From the NCBI GenBank assembly GCA_910578115.1, contig CAJTPO010000004.1, forward strand, positions 29,539 to 93,538: 64,000 bases of DNA. The letters run 5' to 3'. The translations under genes were made by a program, and so were the position numbers. Under the pieces are notes generated by a model. The model was not told the DNA's origin and did not search any database. It saw only the letters and a list, made by a program, of their open reading frames with translations. Of this stretch, positions 1-9,559 are shown piece after piece (position 1 is the first letter of the stretch; each line of letters begins with the position of its first letter). This DNA comes from an uncultured Lachnospiraceae bacterium. Lineage in GTDB: Bacteria; Bacillota; Clostridia; Lachnospirales; Lachnospiraceae.

Positions 1-1
1 T

Positions 2-310
2 AAGGCAAGCGGTAAGGTACAGTTTGTAGAGAATGAGTCAAGTGATGGGAAAATTACATCTATTAGTAAAGCAAGTACAGACGATACTTTTGAAATTTTC
101 TCTAAGATTCAGGTGAGTGGAACAACCGGTTGGGAATTGCCTGGAGCAGACGAGGGTAAAGTAGCAGCGGTTACCTACACTGTAAATAAGAAAGGTATTG
201 TTCAGCTGGTAGGTAATAAGGTTACTCCGATTAAGAAGGGTAACGTTAAGATTACTGCTACAACAGCAGATGGCAAGAAAGCAACACTGACAGTTAAGGT
301 TACAGACTAA
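2..310 (+). CDS. C-terminal end of a surface protein with a bacterial Ig-like (Big_2-type) domain; 5' end lies outside the window
   Basis: The frame is open from position 2. The tail VTYTVNKKGIVQL..GNVKITATTADGKKATLTVKVTD is typical of a Big_2 repeat. Confidence 0.6.
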   Translation, partial: KASGKVQFVENESSDGKITSISKASTDDTFEIFSKIQVSGTTGWELPGADEGKVAAVTYTVNKKGIVQLVGNKVTPIKKGNVKITATTADGKKATLTVKVTD

Positions 311-383
311 AGTTATGTTTTCGATGTCATGAAATGAATTAAGCTAAATCTATTAAAAATTAGATTATATTAATGCGGGTTAG

Positions 384-413
384 AACCCCTCCAGGCTTTT
401 GCTTGGAGGGGTT
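384..413 (+). terminator. Hairpin downstream of the Big_2 gene, terminator-like
   Basis: AACCCCTCCA (384-393) pairs perfectly with TGGAGGGGTT (404-413). No strong T-run follows. Confidence 0.45.
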
Positions 414-490
414 CAGCTTGTTGTCTGTTGTCCATTGATGAATTAAGCACCGCCCAAAACGGGTCAAACACTTGTAGGAAGAACGGGAAT

Positions 491-525
491 TATAGTAAAC
501 GAAATTTCTAATGTCGTTTACTATA
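491..525. repeat. Perfect 12-bp inverted repeat in an intergenic region
   Basis: TATAGTAAACGA (491-502) and TCGTTTACTATA (514-525), separated by an 11-nt spacer. Confidence 0.6.
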
Positions 526-727
526 GTTGTTGAAAAAAGGTCTAAAGAGATATATCATATCAGTAAAGAGATATTCAGCACACAGATTATCGTCATTCAG
601 AACGATTGCCAGTGCTCTTACAACAACATAGTATTTCTTATGAATAAATAATTTTAGTGGAAGATGTAACAGACATAATACATTCTGGAAGAAATCAAAG
701 TGCATCAGGGAAGGAATTGACAGTTAT

Positions 728-1855
728 ATGAAAAAGAAAATTATTATGATCGGGCCGGTTTATCCTTATAAGGGCGGAATTTCTCATTATACAGGACTGA
801 TGTATCGGGAATTAGTCAAGCATAATGATGTAGAGATGCTGACCTATAAGATGCAGTATCCGAAAATTTTATTTCACAAGGAACAGCGGGATTACAGTAA
901 TGACAGCTTTAAAATCGACGGGGCAAGTTATATGCTGCATACGGCCAATCCGTTTAATATTATCAGAACAGCGCGCTATATCAGGCATCAGAGGCCTGAT
1001 ATGGTGCTGATTCAGTGGTGGCATCCATATTTTGCGCCCTGTTATTTTCTGCTGGAGCGGTTTATAGGGAAGCAGAATCTTGTATTTGTATGTCATAATG
1101 TCTTTCCTCATGAAAGATTTCCGATGGACAAGCTGCTTACGCGTCTGGCGCTAAAGCATGGGAAACACTATATCGTGCATGCTAAAGAAGAGGGAAAGGA
1201 GTTGGAGAAAATAAAGGAGAGAGCTGATTATACGGTGACTCCGCATCCGACCTATAATGCCTTTCGGTTTGAGGGCCTCAGTAAGGAGCAGGCGCGTGAC
1301 AGGTTGGATATTGAATATGATAAGAAGGTATTGTTGTTTTTTGGTTATGTGAGGGAATATAAGGGGTTAAAGTATCTGTTGCAGGCACTGCCCAGAATTG
1401 TCAGGAATCTGGACGGACAGGTGCAGCTCTGGGTCGTGGGTGAGTTTGGAGCGGACAGAGAAGAGTATACGGAATTAATCAACGGACTGGAGATAGGGGA
1501 CTATGTTAATGTGGTGGATTCCTATACACCAGACCGGGAAGTGGAACAGTATTTCGCAGCAGCGGATCTGGTAGTATTGCCATATGTATCGGCGACGCAG
1601 AGCGGTATTGTACAGATTGCATACGGGTTTATAAAGCCTGTGATTGTGACGAATGTGGGCGGTCTGCCGGATGTGGTGGAGGACGGAAAGACCGGTTATG
1701 TGGTGGAGCCGGAGAAACCGGAAGAGATTGCTGAGGCAGTATGCAGATTTTATGAGGAAGATGTGGAGCGGCGTTTGATAGAGAATATCGAGAAGGCGGC
1801 ACAGAGATTCTCGTGGGAGAGAATGGGGGAAGTGATTGAAAGGTTTTATGAATAG
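728..1855 (+). CDS. Glycosyltransferase, GT4 (GT-B fold) family
   Basis: 375 aa. The C-terminal half carries the GT4-type E-x7-E region: VSATQSGIVQIAYGF.KPVIVTNVGGLPDVVEDGKTGYVVEP. Confidence 0.85.
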   Translation: MKKKIIMIGPVYPYKGGISHYTGLMYRELVKHNDVEMLTYKMQYPKILFHKEQRDYSNDSFKIDGASYMLHTANPFNIIRTARYIRHQRPDMVLIQWWHPYFAPCYFLLERFIGKQNLVFVCHNVFPHERFPMDKLLTRLALKHGKHYIVHAKEEGKELEKIKERADYTVTPHPTYNAFRFEGLSKEQARDRLDIEYDKKVLLFFGYVREYKGLKYLLQALPRIVRNLDGQVQLWVVGEFGADREEYTELINGLEIGDYVNVVDSYTPDREVEQYFAAADLVVLPYVSATQSGIVQIAYGFIKPVIVTNVGGLPDVVEDGKTGYVVEPEKPEEIAEAVCRFYEEDVERRLIENIEKAAQRFSWERMGEVIERFYE

Positions 1856-2005
1856 CAGGGAGGCGAAGGAGATTGGAGGGGATTGAATACAATTTTTTGT
1901 TGTGTAGATAGAAGTTTGGCTACTATTCGTGTGATTTTTATCTTACTTCTTTATGTTGTGTAATAATCTATTCAACAACGAAAGAGGAAGTGAAGGATAA
2001 GATAC

Positions 2006-2353
2006 ATGAAAGAACTACGCGAGGTAATAAGAGATTTACGAGATGATCATGATATGAAACAGAGGGAGGTCGCAGCTTATTTGAATGTTTCACCACAGTG
2101 CTATCAGAGCTACGAAAGCGGGCGGTGTGCTGTGCCTACAGCGGTATTGATTGCCCTGGCGAAGCTGTATCGTGTAAGTGTCGATTATCTTCTGGGGGTG
2201 GATACAAGTTATCTTGGCAGTACAAATCTTACGAATATCTATTATAATGGAACAACAATGCATAAGGTAGTGTACGATATACAGAGAGTTAAGAAGAATA
2301 AGAGGCAGGAACTACTGACCTTTATACAGTTTTTGATTGAGGATGATGAATGA
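2006..2353 (+). CDS. XRE-family helix-turn-helix transcriptional regulator
   Basis: MKQREVAAYLNVSPQCYQSYESGRCAVPTAVLIALAKLYRVSVDYLLG is a classic HTH_3 pattern. Confidence 0.8.
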   Translation: MKELREVIRDLRDDHDMKQREVAAYLNVSPQCYQSYESGRCAVPTAVLIALAKLYRVSVDYLLGVDTSYLGSTNLTNIYYNGTTMHKVVYDIQRVKKNKRQELLTFIQFLIEDDE

Positions 2354-2484
2354 AGGGAATCTGACAGGCGATTCTGATTCATTGCTTTTCAGGACAAAAG
2401 CAGGTATACTGATAATACAGGTAAATGAAAAGGGCGGATGGAGCATTCATGTGCCATTGTGTTATACAGAGAGAGTGACAGTCC

Positions 2485-4212
2485 ATGAAAAGAGTGATCG
2501 GTATTGGAAAACAGGATTTTGAGAAGATCCGGACAAATAATAATTTTTATATAGATAAGACAGATTTTATACGGGAATGGTGGGAGACAGACGATGAGGT
2601 GACTCTGATCACACGCCCGCGACGCTTTGGTAAAACTCTGAATATGAGTATGCTGGAGAAGTTTTTTTCTGTCAGATATGCTGGAAGGTGTGAGCTGTTT
2701 GAAGGCCTTTCCATATGGCAGATTGAAAAGTATCGGAGATTGCAGGGGACATATCCGGTCATTAACCTGTCTTTTGCTAATGTCAAGGAAGCCGATCCGG
2801 AAGGAATGAAGCGATCTGTTAAGCGTATCATTGAGGACATCTATAATAAGAGCACCTTTCTACTTGAAGGAGGTCTGTTGACAGAAAACGAAAAGGCTTA
2901 TTTCCACAGTGTAAACTGTGACATGGAAGATATTGAGGCAACGTGGACTTTGCATAAGATGTCGGATTTTCTGTCCCGCTATTATGGAAGAAAAGTCATT
3001 ATCCTTCTGGACGAATATGATACCCCGATGCAGGAGGCGTATGTAAACGGCTACTGGAAGGAAATGTCGGATTTTATAAGAAGCCTGTTCAATTCAACTT
3101 TTAAGACGAATCCTTATCTGGAACGAGCTGTTATGACGGGGGTCACGAGAGTCAGTAAAGAATCGATCTTTTCAGACCTGAATAATCTGGAAGTTGTAAC
3201 CACGACCTCCGGGAAGTATGCAGACAGTTTCGGATTTACGGAAGAAGAAGTTTTTGCGTCGCTTGAAGAGTATGGCCTGTCCGGACAGGAGGAGCTGATC
3301 AGGAAGTGGTATGATGGCTTTACTTTTGGAGAGACGGCAGATATCTATAATCCGTGGTCAGTGATCAATTTCCTTGATAAAAAGAAGGCAGGCACATACT
3401 GGGCGAATACCAGTTCCAACAGTCTTGTGAGCAAACTGATCCGAGAAGGAGATCTGGAAATCAAGAAAACGTTTGAGCGTTTGATGCAGGGCAAAACGAT
3501 TTGTATGGAGATAGATGAGCAGATCATTTATGATCAGCTGCCTGTGAAGAGAAATGCCATCTGGAGCCTTCTGCTTGCCAGTGGTTATCTGAAAGTAAAG
3601 AAACATCAGGCCTATGCGACGGAGTATGGCGACTGGAAAGAAGAATATGAACTGGAATTGACCAATTTTGAGACACGGGTTATGTTTATCGGTATGGTGA
3701 GAGGCTGGTTTGCCCCCGTACTGGGTGACTATAATGATTTCATCAGTGCACTGTTGGCAGCGGATGTAAAGGCAATGAATGTCTATATGAATAAGGTGTC
3801 TTCGGAGATATTCAGCAGCTTTGATACCGGGAACAGGCCATCAGAAAGGCAGCCAGAGCGATTTTATCATGGCTTTGTATTGGGTTTGATGGTGGAGCTT
3901 GCGGACCGGTATACGATCACGTCGAATCGTGAGAGCGGGTTTGGCAGATATGATATCATGCTGGAGCCGAGAAACACAGAATATGATGCAGTCATACTGG
4001 AATTTAAGGTACAGGATGAGGAGGAAAAGGAACTATCTGACACGGTACAGGATGCATTGCGGCAGATAGAGGAGAAGGGGTATCAGGCAAATCTGACGGC
4101 AAATGGAATCCCGAAAGAGCGTATACGGAAATACGGGTTTGCTTTTTGCGGGAAGAGGGTGCTGATTGGCGGTGGAAGTGCGAACACTGTGGATGATTGT
4201 AGAAGATGTTAA
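2485..4212 (+). CDS. Predicted AAA-ATPase (PF09820-like) with a C-terminal PD-(D/E)XK nuclease-like domain
   Basis: N-terminus IGKQDFEKIR..NFYIDKTDFIREWW...TRPRRFGKTLNMSML. C-terminus GRYDIMLEP...AVILEFKV (D...E.K motif). Confidence 0.8.
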   Translation: MKRVIGIGKQDFEKIRTNNNFYIDKTDFIREWWETDDEVTLITRPRRFGKTLNMSMLEKFFSVRYAGRCELFEGLSIWQIEKYRRLQGTYPVINLSFANVKEADPEGMKRSVKRIIEDIYNKSTFLLEGGLLTENEKAYFHSVNCDMEDIEATWTLHKMSDFLSRYYGRKVIILLDEYDTPMQEAYVNGYWKEMSDFIRSLFNSTFKTNPYLERAVMTGVTRVSKESIFSDLNNLEVVTTTSGKYADSFGFTEEEVFASLEEYGLSGQEELIRKWYDGFTFGETADIYNPWSVINFLDKKKAGTYWANTSSNSLVSKLIREGDLEIKKTFERLMQGKTICMEIDEQIIYDQLPVKRNAIWSLLLASGYLKVKKHQAYATEYGDWKEEYELELTNFETRVMFIGMVRGWFAPVLGDYNDFISALLAADVKAMNVYMNKVSSEIFSSFDTGNRPSERQPERFYHGFVLGLMVELADRYTITSNRESGFGRYDIMLEPRNTEYDAVILEFKVQDEEEKELSDTVQDALRQIEEKGYQANLTANGIPKERIRKYGFAFCGKRVLIGGGSANTVDDCRRC

Positions 4213-4293
4213 AGGAAGCAGGAGAAGAGCTTATAACGGTAATCGTTGTTGGTTCAAAAGATCAGGGGTATGGAATATTATAAAGAGGATGAA

Positions 4294-5175
4294 ATGAACA
4301 TGCTGCAGAATGAGAGAATACATGAGACAGAGATGCCGCTGATCTCTATTATTGTGCCGGTGTATCAGGTACGTGATTATGTTGGGGAATGTGTAGAATC
4401 GATACGGCAGCAGACTTATACGAATCTGGAGATTCTGTTGGTAGATGATGGCAGTACGGATGGTTCTGGTGAAATGTGTGATGAATATGCGCGTACGGAT
4501 GAACGGATCAGGGTGATTCATCAAGAGAACAGAGGGCAGGCTGGTGCTAGAAATACAGGTTTGGATAATGTGCAGGGTGAGTATATAGCCTTCGTGGACA
4601 GCGACGATTTGGTGTTGCCTGATTATATAGAAGTTTTATACATGCTTCTTACGAAGCATGCGGCGGATCTTGCGGCATGTGCGTATGTAAAGGGGACGAC
4701 GGAAGAATTGGCGGTTGCCAGAACTGTTAGCGGGAAACAAGAGTCTTCTGGGGATGTAGAGGAACTTTGCATATCGTCGGAGAAAATGTTGCGGCAGTGG
4801 CATGGGAAGTATAAGATGCAGGAGACGGTGGTGTGGAATAAGCTTTATCATAGAGACGTTTGGAATGGAAAAAGAAGAATGAGATTTCCGGAAGGAAGAA
4901 GCCTTGAGGATGTTCTGATAAGCCACCTGATCATTGAAAGCGTAGAGAGGATCGCATTGACAACGCAGGCACTTTATTTTTATCGTGTCAGGGACGGCAG
5001 TATTACTGTACAGACGAAATATGACCGTGAAAAGATCAGGAGGAATTTGGAGGCGCAGAGGGAGCGCATGGTTTTTTTTAGAGAAAGGAGATATTGGCGG
5101 GCGTATTTTAATCTTTTGGTGGGGTATTTACTGCATTGGGGGTGGTTTGTATGGTGGGCAGTGCGAAGATTTTGA
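4294..5175 (+). CDS. Glycosyltransferase family 2
   Basis: ISIIVPVYQV...LLVDDGSTDGS...FVDSDD. The ORF track starts at TTG 4246. ATG 4294 has the better RBS (AAGAGGATGAA). The exact start is uncertain. Confidence 0.85.
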   Translation: MNMLQNERIHETEMPLISIIVPVYQVRDYVGECVESIRQQTYTNLEILLVDDGSTDGSGEMCDEYARTDERIRVIHQENRGQAGARNTGLDNVQGEYIAFVDSDDLVLPDYIEVLYMLLTKHAADLAACAYVKGTTEELAVARTVSGKQESSGDVEELCISSEKMLRQWHGKYKMQETVVWNKLYHRDVWNGKRRMRFPEGRSLEDVLISHLIIESVERIALTTQALYFYRVRDGSITVQTKYDREKIRRNLEAQRERMVFFRERRYWRAYFNLLVGYLLHWGWFVWWAVRRF

Positions 5176-5355
5176 GACGAGGAAGCATGTTTGTTTACGG
5201 GAGATAAATTTGAAATTTTCAATACGGATAATTTGTTTTTAGGATCATGTTTCTGTGTTTATAGATGATCATAATTTAATCAAAAAAGTATTGTTATAGC
5301 AAATTTTTTATGCTGGTGGAAGAGACAGTATAAAAAGTTTAGAAGTTGAAAAAAT

Positions 5356-5400
5356 ATTCTTGTATAGTCCTTATTGGGGGCAATACAAGAATTTTTTGCT
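5356..5400 (+). terminator. Rho-independent terminator after the first gene block
   Basis: 10-bp stem ATTCTTGTAT (5356-5365) / ATACAAGAAT (5383-5392), followed by TTTTTTGCTTTT. Confidence 0.65.
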
Positions 5401-5457
5401 TTTATAATTGTAAATTAGATTCTAATATTTCCTATAGCATATGAAATGGAAAAATAT

Positions 5458-5545
5458 GTTTAGTGTTATTGACTCTAAAATGAGATATGGATATCAATTT
5501 GTTTTATAATCCTAAGTCGAGGGTACTTGTTGTTATTCTTGGAGA
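5458..5545 (+). promoter_or_regulatory. Conserved non-coding leader element, copy A (related copy at 33218-33300)
   Basis: GTTTAGTGTTATTGACTCTAAAAT...TTTGTTTTATAATC...TTGTTGTTATTCTTGG aligns with 33218-33300. It lies in the 530-bp gap upstream of the 5705 operon. Confidence 0.4.
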
Positions 5546-5704
5546 ATTAAGAATCAGAGCATATCCAGGCATGATAACAAAGGAATATAGTATTAATTTG
5601 ATAGAACGATACTTTTTAAACTAAACGGATGTCGGTAACTGAGTTAATAATACAAATTAGGATTAATAAGAATTTAAATACACTGCAGGGGAATATTTAG
5701 TAGT

Positions 5705-6637
5705 ATGATACAGACAAAATATGCGATTGTGGTCGTAACTTATAACAGGGAAATGCTCCTGCAGGAATGTATTGATAAAGCAGCTAATCAGACGATAAAA
5801 CCAGACTGCATTATTATTGTAAATAATGCTTCTACAGATAAAACGAAAATATATCTTAATAAGATAGATGATGGGAGCGGTTTTTTTGATATTATAAATC
5901 TTTCGCAAAATATAGGAGGAGCAGGTGGATTTGCAAAAGGAATAGAACATGCGGTAAAGAAAGACGTAGAATGTATACTGATCATAGATGATGATGCCAT
6001 GATCGAGAAGGATTATATGGAACGAATTCTTCAAGAGAGACAGAGAAGGTTTGAATATAAAGCATTTGCTGGAACGGTCAAGGTAAATGATAAGATTGAC
6101 ACGTTTCATAGAAGAAAAGTATCAGATATAGGAATGTTATTGAGAAATTGTAAGGAGGAAGAATACCTTTGTGCATGTTTTGAGTGTGATATCGCTTCAT
6201 TTTGCGGCATGGTATTAGATGTGGAGCTGATAAAGAGAATAGGACTTCCGCATTCCAGATATTTTATATGGCATGACGATGCAGAATACTCACTGCGAAT
6301 TAGGAAATATAGTAAGTTTTTGGTAGTTACAAAAGCAGTGTTAGCGCATAAGACAAAAATCAATGAAATATTTCGTCCAAGACGGTACGACTGGCGAGAG
6401 TATTATGCTATAAGGAATAGGATTCTGTTAGTAAAGGAGCATGGCACAATATTAGATAGAATTATAAATGCAATGCATTTGTTCGTTCATGTGATATTTA
6501 GAAATTGGGTGTTTAAGCTGATAAAAGTAGATCATTATGACTGGAAATACGAAAATGCTATTGTAAAAGAAGCGATTAGAGATGCGAAGGGTAACAAAAA
6601 ATATGTTGAAAACAGGACATGTAGAGTGAGAAGATAG
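5705..6637 (+). CDS. Glycosyltransferase family 2 (rhamnosyltransferase-like subgroup)
   Basis: AIVVVTYNREMLLQECI...IIVNNASTDKT...ILIIDDDA. Confidence 0.8.
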   Translation: MIQTKYAIVVVTYNREMLLQECIDKAANQTIKPDCIIIVNNASTDKTKIYLNKIDDGSGFFDIINLSQNIGGAGGFAKGIEHAVKKDVECILIIDDDAMIEKDYMERILQERQRRFEYKAFAGTVKVNDKIDTFHRRKVSDIGMLLRNCKEEEYLCACFECDIASFCGMVLDVELIKRIGLPHSRYFIWHDDAEYSLRIRKYSKFLVVTKAVLAHKTKINEIFRPRRYDWREYYAIRNRILLVKEHGTILDRIINAMHLFVHVIFRNWVFKLIKVDHYDWKYENAIVKEAIRDAKGNKKYVENRTCRVRR

Positions 6638-6786
6638 TTGTCTCGCTATTTATGGATTAGATTTGGCATGTATGATTGGAAATAAGAGAAAAGATTTGTT
6701 TGATAACATCTAAAAACATAAGAGAAGATCAGATTCGTAATGTAATACTTGAGAAATAAGTTGATAGTGCAAAAGGGGAATATGAT

Positions 6787-8772
6787 TTGAAGTGGAAGCA
6801 ATTAATTGAAATATTACATGAAAACAGTCCACACGACTATGAAAGATATATTGCCAAGTTAAATGATTTTGATGAATCTGAGTTTTTTAGAAAGATCAAA
6901 GCTTTTAAATTTGTAATTTCTAAAGTTTTCCAGCTTCGATTATATGCAAAAAAAACAGTACCTGAATCCCAATATTATGCAAGAATAGACAATCGGTTAT
7001 ATGGATCTAAATTAGCAGAATATGATGTGATTTCGCTTAACTTATTTGATACATTTCTAATTAAAAATGTAATGGATGACTCTGATGTTTATTCTTTGAT
7101 TGGAATGAAACTGGAAATAAACGGTTTTTGTGCGATTAGACAAAAAGCCGAGCAGGAAGCTATAAAAAGGATAAGAGATAAATATGGTAAAAAAGTGCCT
7201 GACCTTTATGCTATATATGAAATTATTCAAGAATGGTGTGACATAGAACCTGAAATAGGGATTTCAACGGAAATTGCAGTTGAAACAGCGATTTATGAAT
7301 TAAATCCATATTGGTTTGAAACTATATGTCAATTAATTCGATCTAAAAAAATAGTGTTGCTTATGTCGGATGCACCGCTACATGAGATGGAAATAAGAAA
7401 AATGCTGGAACAAATGGGGCTGGTATGGAAAGGGTATATTTTTACAGCATGTGACTGTGGTGTAACGAAGGAATCAGGAAAACTATTTGAGCATGTTAAA
7501 GGCTTGCTTGGAAATGAAAAGAGATATATTCATATAGGTGATAATCGTGTAGATGATGTGCATATGGCAAAGATTCATCGATGGGATTCCATATTCTATC
7601 AGGATGTTCATAAAGTTGGACGTCCTTACAGAAGAATTGGAAAAAGTGTAATAGTGGAGTCAATTACTGGAGGGATTATTAATACGACATTGCATAATGG
7701 TATAAGGGAATTATCTGCATTGGAAGAGTTTGGGTTTAATTATTTTGGCAGATTGCATATAGGATATTGTCAATGGCTTAATCACTTAGTCAAGAGTGAA
7801 CGAATAGATAAGTTGCTGTTTGTATCGCGTGATGGATATTTGATAAAGAAAATATATGACAAATATTTTGGAGAAATACCATCGGAGTATATATATGTAT
7901 CTCGATATGCTTTAAGTCAGATTACCGTGGATGAGAACATGGAGTCTTTTATAAGACAAAATTTGAGTCCGGTGGCATCAGAAAGTAAGATGACTGTAGC
8001 AGCAGTTTTTGAAAAATTACAACTTGAAATGTTTGTCCCAGAGCTTGAAGATGCTGGAATCAAAACTGATTCTTTACTATGTAAAAGAAACTTGAAAACG
8101 ATCAAATCCTTTCTATATTATAATAAAAAGAGAATTGCGAAAATATATGGGACGCAGTGTGATGCGGCAGTCAAATATTTTAAAGAGATGTTGTCAGATA
8201 GCAATAGAGTATGTGTGGTTGATATCGGCTGGCATGGTACTTGTATTATGGGTGTAATGGACTTTATTAGTAAACATCTGAGATGGTCAGGTGAAGTGAT
8301 AGGAGCGCAAATTGGTCTGGAATGTGATGAGATTAATATTGGGCTAAATGCTTTATCTAAGATTCGTGTATATGCGTTTTCACCGACATTCAATGTTGAT
8401 CTGTACAAAAGACATGACTTTGGATTGATTAATGTGATTGACGAGATTGTTTTTTCAGCACCAGAACCGTCATTGTTGCAATATGCCATGACTGAAAATG
8501 GTGAGGTAAAAAATATATTTGCTGAGGAACCACAGAAAAATGTGGAAATTGTTAAAAATATACAAAATGGAGTTTTAAAATACGTTGAAAAATACAATAA
8601 AATTATACGAGACTTGGATATGCAATTATATATTCCAGCCCAAGTTGCGTATAGACCAGTCATTGAGGTCGTTCAAAAAAGAAAGTATATTAAAGATCTA
8701 CTTGGCAAATATAAGGTACAGCGTAACTGTGGAATTAGTGATGACAATTGGAAGGATGTCACAACTGTATAG
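6787..8772 (+). CDS. HAD-like domain protein with a large uncharacterised C-terminal domain; paralogue of the C-terminal two thirds of 12336..15440
   Basis: TTG start with RBS AAAGGGGA. HAD motif I is degenerate (LNLFDTF); motif IV is IHIGDNRVDD. The C-terminal region LLFVSRDGYLIKKIY...VVDIGWHGT parallels VHFLARDGYMPMRAF...TFDMGYSGR in the 1034-aa protein. Confidence 0.6.
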   Translation: MKWKQLIEILHENSPHDYERYIAKLNDFDESEFFRKIKAFKFVISKVFQLRLYAKKTVPESQYYARIDNRLYGSKLAEYDVISLNLFDTFLIKNVMDDSDVYSLIGMKLEINGFCAIRQKAEQEAIKRIRDKYGKKVPDLYAIYEIIQEWCDIEPEIGISTEIAVETAIYELNPYWFETICQLIRSKKIVLLMSDAPLHEMEIRKMLEQMGLVWKGYIFTACDCGVTKESGKLFEHVKGLLGNEKRYIHIGDNRVDDVHMAKIHRWDSIFYQDVHKVGRPYRRIGKSVIVESITGGIINTTLHNGIRELSALEEFGFNYFGRLHIGYCQWLNHLVKSERIDKLLFVSRDGYLIKKIYDKYFGEIPSEYIYVSRYALSQITVDENMESFIRQNLSPVASESKMTVAAVFEKLQLEMFVPELEDAGIKTDSLLCKRNLKTIKSFLYYNKKRIAKIYGTQCDAAVKYFKEMLSDSNRVCVVDIGWHGTCIMGVMDFISKHLRWSGEVIGAQIGLECDEINIGLNALSKIRVYAFSPTFNVDLYKRHDFGLINVIDEIVFSAPEPSLLQYAMTENGEVKNIFAEEPQKNVEIVKNIQNGVLKYVEKYNKIIRDLDMQLYIPAQVAYRPVIEVVQKRKYIKDLLGKYKVQRNCGISDDNWKDVTTV

Positions 8773-8791
8773 AATATAAGAGGTATATAGA

Positions 8792-9559
8792 ATGGAACAT
8801 TTAAGAATGATACTTCGTTTGGCAAAGAATGATTTTAAATCACGTTACGCAGCGTCGATGTTGGGAATAGTGTGGGCATTTATTATGCCTATTATTACAA
8901 TACTTGTTTTTTGGGTTGTTTTTCAACTTGGCTTTAAATCGGTACCAGTAGAAGATATGCCATATATTTTATGGTTTGTGGTAGCATATGTTCCATGGAT
9001 ATTTTTTAATGATATGCTTAGTTTTGGAGTAAATGCGCTGGCTGATTATAATTATTTGGTTAAAAAGGTCAAATTCAAAGTGGGTTATATTCCATTGATT
9101 CGTATTGTTTCTTCGTTATTTGTACACCTTTTTTTCTTTATATTTATATATTTTATGTTTTGGTGCTATAAAATGCCAGTGAAATTTATATCGGTTCAGG
9201 CGTTATATTACAGTTTTGCCTTGACATGTTTTTCTTGTGGATTAGTTTTTCTTTTGTCTTCTTTGGCTGTTTTTTTTCGGGATGTTGCACAACTGGTTAT
9301 GGTTATATTACAGATTGGTTTTTGGGTGACTCCCATTTTTTGGAATTCAAACGGAATGGATACTAATATTTTAAATTTTGTTAAAATTAATCCTCTTTAT
9401 TATATTGTAGAAGGATATAGAGAGAGTTTTATTTATTGTATTCCTTTTTGGAAGCATCCGGTTATGACAGGATATTTTTGGGTGATTACAGTGCTAATAG
9501 GTATGCTGGGATATTTTACATTTAAACGTCTAAGACCGCATTTTGCAGATGAGCTATAA
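8792..9559 (+). CDS. ABC-2 type polysaccharide/teichoic acid export permease (Wzm/TagG-like)
   Basis: 255 aa with about 6 TM segments. N-terminus LAKNDFKSRYAASMLGIVWAFIMP is typical of ABC-2 permeases. Confidence 0.85.
   Translation: MEHLRMILRLAKNDFKSRYAASMLGIVWAFIMPIITILVFWVVFQLGFKSVPVEDMPYILWFVVAYVPWIFFNDMLSFGVNALADYNYLVKKVKFKVGYIPLIRIVSSLFVHLFFFIFIYFMFWCYKMPVKFISVQALYYSFALTCFSCGLVFLLSSLAVFFRDVAQLVMVILQIGFWVTPIFWNSNGMDTNILNFVKINPLYYIVEGYRESFIYCIPFWKHPVMTGYFWVITVLIGMLGYFTFKRLRPHFADEL

Noticed and set aside
508-705. The minus-strand 65-aa ORF in the 311-727 gap.
   Set aside because: It has no RBS, an AT-rich low-complexity translation, and spans the inverted repeat. It is more likely non-coding leader sequence.
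2337-2522. Small or alternative-frame + strand ORFs (2337..2522, 4985..5242, 8585..8779, 11036..11218, 36390..36626, 38122..38382, 52799..53044, 53228..53470, 53500..53694).
   Set aside because: They overlap better-supported genes in another frame or bridge gene junctions. They have no motifs and no RBS.
2485-4212. The AAA-ATPase/PD-(D/E)XK protein next to an XRE regulator as a possible defence system.
   Set aside because: This architecture is a very widespread, usually stand-alone family in gut Firmicutes and Bacteroidetes. No partner genes or mobile context are visible here, so nothing beyond the annotation is supported.
8118-8663. Long minus-strand ORFs opposite well-supported + strand genes. 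Examples: 8118..8663, 22062..22472, 42358..42948, 43641..44045, 54444..55130, 55245..55874, 57050..57724, 58517..59365 and 62859..63596.
   Set aside because: Each lies entirely antisense to a + strand gene with clear family motifs. Their translations are low-complexity (Ser/Arg/Cys/His-rich) with no motifs, which is the shadow-ORF pattern. The effect is strongest in the GC-rich right part of the window.
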